A stretch of DNA of 64,000 bases, the filler included, from Collodictyon triciliatum (lineage: Eukaryota): the NCBI GenBank assembly GCA_043381765.1. It is 18 parts of 18 records of this genome, joined end to end, with 100 filler letters (N's around TTAATTAATTAA, not from the genome) between each part and the next. Parts side by side here need not be neighbours in the genome. Positions count along the whole stretch, not along the records: positions 57,020 to 60,467 come from JBHJMP010007310.1; positions 60,568 to 64,000 come from JBHJMP010007339.1; 16 more parts are not named here. The stretch is one strand, 5' to 3'. The notes beneath the pieces are model-generated. The model ran no database searches. It was not told where the DNA came from and saw only the letters and a program-made list of their open reading frames with translations. Shown piece after piece: positions 57,020 through 64,000 of this stretch (its first letter is position 1; every line of letters begins with the position of its first letter). Position numbers and translations under genes: made by a program.

Positions 57020-57997
57020 ATGCAACCCCAACCACAGCCGTCCTGAACAACAAAGGAGAATGGCGCTCACGACGTCCCATCTCATACGGAGCACCGTCGC
57101 CATTTTTCTTTCGCCTGAAGAACCAAAGGCGGTCCATCACACCTGATTCTCCGCAATTCTCGATGGCCATGGCGTACTCCAAATTCTTTCGATACAAAAT
57201 ATCGCCGCGGACACCTTACAAAAAGTCAAAACATCAACGATGGGGAGAAACACTGGGCATCACACACACCGCTCACCGCGAGCTGGAGACAAGCACGAAC
57301 CCCGCAAGTCCTTCCAAGTCACCGCTCTTTAATGCTTAATATCACCAATAGGGAGCTATGGATAGGCACACGCGTAGTCCATGCAGCAACGACCTCTCCC
57401 AAGAATGCACACTTTGCAGCAACGGTGATGAAACCATTGAGCACACGTTTGTGAAGTGTCCCTTCGCTCAAACACTGCGCGAAACAGCCGGCGAGATTCT
57501 TCGACTGACACTCAAGACGGCTGCGGCTGTTTGTCCAATCCAGGCGATATTTTTGCCTCTTCAACAGCGACATCCAGATGCAAAAACATTCTGGGCAGTG
57601 ACGCGAGGCCATTTGCTATGAACAATGTGGATAGCGCGCATATACTCACGCAAAGCAAGACTCAACAACCAGCCACCCATTCCGGATAATAGACTGGATG
57701 ACATCATACAAATCTCTTTCCTCAACAGCTTCCTTCGCCACCTGCACGTTCTCTACTACTCAGACCCTGTGAGAAGAGACATGTGGAAAGAAGCTGAGAA
57801 AGATATTAAACCTCGCCTTGTCTCTCTCTCATGCAAGCACAAGACTCTGGCTATTGGCCTAACCGCAGAATGCAATTCCTGATTACCGACTTCTTCTCCG
57901 CCACCCGGCCAACAAGTAGCGTCCATGCAAACGGTGGCTGAAACATTGGAGACAGGAACTCCATCTCCATACGCAAAGAAAAATAAACAAAATAAAA
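57020..57997 (+). mobile_element. 3' end of a decayed non-LTR (L1/Tx1-like) retrotransposon with A-rich tail
   Basis: ECTLCSNGDETIEHTFVKCPFAQ (zf-RVT CCHC pattern), FWAVTRGHLL*TMWIAR with stops and frameshifts; A-rich run ~57975-57997; second copy at 49190-49642. Confidence 0.8.
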
Positions 57998-60567
57998 TGG
58001 CAAAAAATGGCCCAGTAAGATGGGTTTATTAGCAAAGTAAATTGGCTTTAACTAGGACTTTGTGAAAAAATAAGTTAATCGAGCGCGATGGATTCTTTGA
58101 ACGATGCACTTAAACAGAGCATTGCAACAAATGGTGGAATGAGGTTACTCAGGAAATGAGTTGTAGTGCGTCAGCATAGTTCATATACATATATTTATCA
58201 CGGGCTAAAGGCATACAATCAAATAACTATGCATAAAAATCAAATACAGCATTATATCCAAATTGAATATTCTTTTTTTTTTAAATAAAATTAGCGACTT
58301 TCACATGTTGCGTCTACTAGTTGCGCATTAATTGCCTGATTTAAATCAGTCGCATCATTTGGACTTTGCCGGAAGCTAGGCCTCGGATTGAATCCAGGTC
58401 AGGGCTTTGGTAGTTACAGCTTTTAAGGATTGTATGAAGCTCGACCCACAATAGATATATTTAGATGAGTCTTAATTTTTGTTTCTATATTACACCGACC
58501 TGCATGTGAATCCAAAACGCGTTCGTGCTTTCAACCAAGGCGCAACAACTAGGGCGGGCTGTAGAATCATAATAAAACCCTTTCTTTAGACAAGATATAT
58601 AAGGAAAAAAATCAATAAGCCACATTGACCTTAGCGACAGTGTGAGATCAGTAACTTACAAAAAAAGAGATTTCTAGCGGTGGTCTAATAAGTTATTATT
58701 TTTACAGAATATCCAATAATATCATGTATTCCTTTTGTAAAGTAAAAAAAAAAGTAAGGTTATAGCATAAACCTTTGCTTTGTGCCAGGTTTTGTTAGCC
58801 ATTATAATGAGTCAATAAAGATACTCGAAAGGTGGTGCGTGTCACTTAAGCCCGCATCAAATATCAGCCATTTCAAAAAAAAACATAGATTAAAAAGAAA
58901 CGGTATTCATCTTTGGCGATGTGTTTGATCAATATACTATTGAAGAAAAGAAAGAAAAGAAAAGAAGTTAACAACTAGTAAACTAGACTTTGGATTCCAA
59001 TAGCGATATGCGCCTGCAGTGCTTTCAAGAGCAACAATGAGCAGTGAAATATATCAAAGTGCTTTGATTTACTGGTTTTTTAGGTCACGACTGCATCCTT
59101 TCCATCAGATATCTGAATGGATAAGGTCGATATGTGGGCCATTTGGTGCGCACAATGTGCTTTTCTCTTCAACTAATACAATGCGATGTTCTAGTGCTTT
59201 TGTTTCTTGTTATGTGTGAATGTTAATTTTAATGATAATATACTTTCCATAGGTACGCATTTTATTATGTGCAGTTGCAATATTTCCCTCTGTTCAAAGA
59301 CCGTTACGAATAAAAAAATGATGAAGAGTTGATAATGTGATGAAAGAGATGTATGGGTTGCAGTATTAGAAAACGATAAATATTCCAGGCTATATTTACT
59401 TTCAAGACAGTCAATAACCCGCTTATTCAGATATCCAAGACACTAGCCCCATTTTTTCCATTTCCGTCCATCATTTTTGCTATGCTTTTTTGCTTTGGAT
59501 TTCTCTGCGCGACTAAAGTTTGTAATAAGAAAACAACTAAATTTACCTATGTCTTTTCTTTTTCTTCCAAACTCCGAACAACTCTTTCAAATCGGCAAAA
59601 GCAACTTCAGACTCGAATCATAAGCACACATTAAAAACACCCACCTTCAACATCAGCACAAGCACATTTCCACCGACGAAAGCACACAGACAGCCAAGAA
59701 CAAAAGCCAAAGACCAGCACAACACAACTGATCTATTAAATCCCTATTGCTTGGACATTTATTTTTTTTAACAAAACACAAATAAAAACCACCGATCAAC
59801 ATAAGGCCAAGCAAACTGAAGAAACCAACATGAAAACATACCTTTATTTTCTTTAAAAAAGCGGAGGTTTATCTAAGCAAGTCTTTTACCTATGTCAGAA
59901 AGTCAAAAGACTTGATCGAGAATGAGGTAGTCTATCAAAAGCCGGCAAATAAAAATAAAATGAAAGAAACAAGAACGGACCAAAGATGAGCCCCTTCAGC
60001 AAAACTTTATGTGATTGGCTCTAGTCTTGCCCAGCATAATCCCTAAGTTATGTTACGCACGAACCGACCAAAACTCAAAACACATGAAAACTTATTTACA
60101 TATCCAAATAAACATTAGATTCAACTATTACTCCTTCCTGCAAAGGTTTTAGGGCCCTTATCATTACAACAATTCGAAAGCCAAGGAGAGCTGGCATCTT
60201 CCGGATTTCCGAGCCTTTCTGTTGCAAAGCATCGTTGGCCACGCATACACACTATATGAAATATCTCTTGATTCTATTTTTATTTTTTTATCGAAGCTTT
60301 AGCTGATTTGACGTTTTGCTGTTACTATGAATTTAAAGTGAATTCTATTCCAATCTCATGCAGTTTGTGATGCTTTCTAGGAGCTTCGGGGCGATTGAAT
60401 CTCTGGTTGCTCTGCCCACAGTAAGATCACTTCGATGGAGATCCTTCAAACGTAGACTTTAAGAGCGNNNNNNNNNNNNNNNNNNNNNNNNNNNNNNNNN
60501 NNNNNNNNNNNTTAATTAATTAANNNNNNNNNNNNNNNNNNNNNNNNNNNNNNNNNNNNNNNNNNNN

Positions 60568-61000
60568 GCACTTTTTGATCGCAGTACTTCAGCTGCAATA
60601 GATCGATGGGGAGATTCCGTTTCGAGTTACTAGTTCGGCCGGGCGTGATGCTGACTTTCGCCATTATACTTCTGGTCTCACTGGAGTCCATCGATGGTTG
60701 AATTAAACCAGCCGAGATCGAGGGGCAGGGGAGTAGTCTATCTGGCGTGAGATGGTGTCTGACCTGGACGAACGTGGTTCGAACCCCACAGGGTGCGCGG
60801 TGTGTGTATTTCCGACCCTGTAACACAAAATCCATGAACCCTCCTCCTGTGCCCTCGGTTATATCCGATCCAGGGCAGCCGGGGTGTGCTTTGCCGGACT
60901 ACGGAGCACACTCCACAACTCTCGATGAAAATGGTGTTACCATAAGAGTGCTTCATGAGAGGGAGAGATGCCATAACAACGCTGTGCTTCGATCCCACAA
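60568..61000 (+). mobile_element. Probable tyrosine-recombinase remnant (DIRS/Crypton-like)
   Basis: One frame reads RFRFELLVRPGVML...*...CLTWTNVV...VYFRPCNTKS...VISDPGQPGCA, resembling YR box I (F..LLRP.E), L.W..V and the catalytic Lys strand; contains a stop. Confidence 0.45.
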
Positions 61001-61879
61001 AAACATACTCAAACATAGTGTCTCCCCTATAATCCATGTCTGCCCTTCTAAGAATATTCCCCAAGCCCACACACCCCTTCGCAAAAGCTTCCTTGGCACA
61101 CGTCCTACCAAGCCGTACCTCACCTAACTATCCTCGATCTTGTCAAAATATTTTACGGAAACCTATAAAAACGTTTATGAAAGAAGTAAGGGTTCTTTTC
61201 GAACCCCGAAGTCGAAAAAAGTAAAAATGTTCTTATGTGATTTATTTTCGCGAACTTTGAAGCTGACGCATTAGCGATGAATATTCGTAAGGTACGTTAT
61301 ATTTCTCGCGCCAAACTCGACCTCCCATGGGCCAGACAGGTGCTAGCCTCGCGCGAAGTCTCACTGTAGGTCGAAAATCAACAATGCTGATTCAGGCGCA
61401 GGCAAAAGAATCTATCTATGCTGGATATTCTGAATTTCTAGGTCACGTCGCTCTTACATTGATATTCACGTAAAACTCGAGCTAGTGTTTTGCCTAGGTT
61501 ATTTTGATCTTAATCAAAGTAGTACAAGTCTTCAAATTAAGAAATTTCTCAAATTTAGTAACATTACTTGATTCTTTTCATTTTGAAAAAGTTCCGATAT
61601 TCAGATGTGATCTTTAAGATGGTTCTATGTACGGCGATGCTGATGCTAGGTTGTGCGCGGCGCATGGAATTTTTAAGTCTCTTAAGCTTCTAGGTAGTAC
61701 TATCAATGTTGAGGTTATATTTTGACAATAATAATCAGTGTTATTCTCGTTCACAATTTGAAATAATTTTATTCCAAGAAATTTAAAAACAGTACCTGAA
61801 CTCAGTTTCTGTTGAGCCATTCCCACATTCCATCAAACTTCATTTTTTTATTTTTAGACTGGTAGTACTATTATAAATT

Positions 61880-63058
61880 ATGTTTCGCTCATATTATGAT
61901 CTTGTGACAAGGTATATTATGACTTCTATCTTGAAGAGAGCAATTCTCTCGTTATCGCTCTCAATTCTAGTCATTACACCCTGGATTTCGCTTCACGAGA
62001 AGTACCGATCAGATAATGTGAAGCCTCAAAAATTTTTAAAGTCCTTAGTACACGGAAGACACGCAGTAAAATTAATTGATGAGTATGACAACGTATTCCA
62101 TAATAGCACCATTCTTTCCGATGAAGAGCTCTTAGACATGATTAGAGATTGCAAGCAAGAGTATCCATCAGTAATATATTATAATCGCGTTCCTAAATGC
62201 GGCTCCTCTTCTATGATGAAGTATATACAAGATAATTCTCAGGATTCGTCACAGAGACCTAATGAATTCCGCTCCCACTCTTACATACACGATCCTCACA
62301 CAACTCGTGACCATCCTGTAAAAGATCCATACGTCATGTACATTTCAAAAGAAGAGGCTAAAGTTAGGACTGATGAACTATTGAGTATGAGGCCTGCAGT
62401 GTTTGATAGCCACACCTCATATTACCCGTATTTGCCTGTTAATGCCCACCAAACTTTAACTGGTCATGGAGACATATCGTACTTCAATATTCTGAGGGAA
62501 CCATTCGAGAGATTTATTTCCTTCAAGAATTATCAGTGTCGAGAGTTTCATCAACTTTGCGAGGAAACTTTTGAGGAAGTAACTCGGTTCTTGGCAAATG
62601 AACAGCTTGCATATATCTGTGGTCATCAACCCGAATGTCACCCTAGAGACCACGTTTCTCTTTATATCGCTAAAGTTCGCATCGTACAAACCTACAGTGT
62701 CGTGGGGATATCTGATAGTCTTAACCATACTATTCGTATTCTCAGAAGAATTTTTCCTTATTTCTTTTTCAAGGTTGAGAATTTTTGAATATGAAAAATT
62801 GAATGTGTAACTATCAGAAAAAATATTAAGAATCTGGTGTATATGAAAATCATTTACGAAAAAGTTATTTTTATTCAAAAAACCTTGTAGCCATACGATG
62901 GAATCCGCAGAAATGTAGGCCCCACCTCCAAGAGAACCTGGAAAGTGACGCAGAAGCAGAAAGATTATTTTTACAGTCTCAATGAAAATGACGTTCTATT
63001 GTATAATTTCACGAAAGAAGTTTTCATGAGAAAAATGGAATTATGCAATATCACATAG
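61880..63058 (+). CDS. Heparan-sulfate 2-O-sulfotransferase-like Golgi sulfotransferase (Sulfotransfer_2); 2 exons
   Basis: TM anchor, YYNRVPKCGSSSM (5'-PSB), NILREPFERFISF (3'-PB), YSVVGI. Intron 62774-62890 joins an in-frame exon PYDGIRRN...NENDVLLYNFTKEVF...*. Confidence 0.88.
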
Positions 63059-63366
63059 TAGAAAGTGTCTCAATTGCTGAAATTGAATAAATGAAGTGGC
63101 AACTTAATAAAGATAATCTGCACAAGTATTATGAAGTGGAAAATTTAATAACTGTCACCAAGTTGCTAGAAGTGTTCATGTGTGTTGCTAAGAAACTGAA
63201 GCTAACAACTCATTTTGTATAAAATCAGTAATTCAATATTATTGGTTATTATAACATGACGTGAATGTTTACTTCGAATTATATGATATCCATAGGTCAT
63301 TTTTCCTTTAATATGACTCAAATTGCTGTTCCCGCACCTGATTTTCAATCAAGCTTCCCGCGCCTG

Positions 63367-64000
63367 ATGGAAAACACGAGCCGAGATGGGGAGATCAGCG
63401 CAAGCCGCAACCCGTCGAAGGCTTTGCAAGTTGCAGCCAGCTCTTCTGGTTCCAACACTGGTGCGAAAAACCCCGAGTTGTACGTAAGTCTAGGAAGACC
63501 CGTACAAAGAAGCCGCCTGCAAGTCTGTCTGAGCGGAAAGTATTTTTGCACGGGGTCGAGCAAGTCGTTTACAACAAGAACAAGGCACGCAGGCTCACAG
63601 ATGTGCTCACCGCCTTCTTGAAAGCAAACAAACTTTGGGAAGAGTCCATCCAATTGCGCTTACCGGACAGCGAAGACCTTGGCCTGATTGCCTTCCGCAC
63701 TGCAGAGAACGCCCGAAAGCTTCTGGAACTGAAGCAGGTAAGTTTGATCGATATTACGATCAGCTTCGGCTGAAGTAAACCAACAGAGACCTCTGTGATG
63801 CTCTACCAACTAGCGCTGGACGTGTGGCCGCAACTCCTTCGTGAGGAGCTGAAGCCGTTCAGACCGACCCACGTGGAGGTCAAAAAAGACAAAGGCTTCT
63901 TCACAGACACGGCCGTGGTGAAGCTTCTTTGTCACAAGAACCAGCTCCCTGCAAAGTTTACGGTCATGGGCAAAAAGTGTCCAAAGCGCATCCTCAAACA
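63367..64000 (+). mobile_element. Degenerate non-LTR retrotransposon ORF1-like region (RRM-like)
   Basis: RKVFLHGVEQ...LGLIAFRTAENARKLL...*...VMLYQLALDVWPQLLREELKPF...FTDTAVVKL...LPAKFTVMG resembles L1/Tx1 ORF1 RRM regions. It has a frameshift and a stop, and part is repeated at 49663-49815. Confidence 0.65.

Noticed and set aside
58600-60468. Intergenic region searched for RNA genes or exons
   Set aside because: No supportable tRNA, snRNA or coding signal was seen.
60770-60795. GGTTCGAACCCC as a tRNA T-loop
   Set aside because: No acceptor stem, D-arm or anticodon arm could be built; it lies inside the recombinase-like frame.

Overview
This is not a contiguous locus. It is about 18 short eukaryotic contigs (mostly ~3.45 kb) joined by an artificial N-TTAATTAATTAA-N spacer, and many contigs break at simple repeats, so neighbourhood across spacers carries no meaning. 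The source is an intron-rich microbial eukaryote (protist-like) with AT-rich introns, the standard code and mostly GT-AG introns. Genes recognised by manual splicing: an M14 carboxypeptidase, a flavin amine/polyamine oxidase, a succinyl-CoA ligase beta C-terminus, an O-fucosyltransferase-like gene, PEX1, two paralogous NACHT/NPHP3-like TPR genes, an LRR-PP2C, a BEACH-WD40 (FAN/NSMAF-like), two related LRR proteins, CCDC90/MCUR1-like, MESD-like, SIN Cdc14-like, a GT61 glycosyltransferase, RPN6, a trypsin-fold protease, a CDK9/12-type kinase and an HS2ST-like sulfotransferase. There are also decayed non-LTR retrotransposon pieces and a probable tyrosine-recombinase remnant. The best candidates for something new are: (1) an NLR-like NACHT-TPR family with one 126-nt phase-2 exon per TPR, where one member has a near-identical, mosaic exon-intron array varying at a few positions, suggesting receptor diversification by repeat shuffling; (2) a spliced nuclear trypsin-fold protease with Cys at the nucleophile position (GMCGGP), as in viral 3C proteases. 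Family assignments rest on motif recognition by eye; no searches were run.
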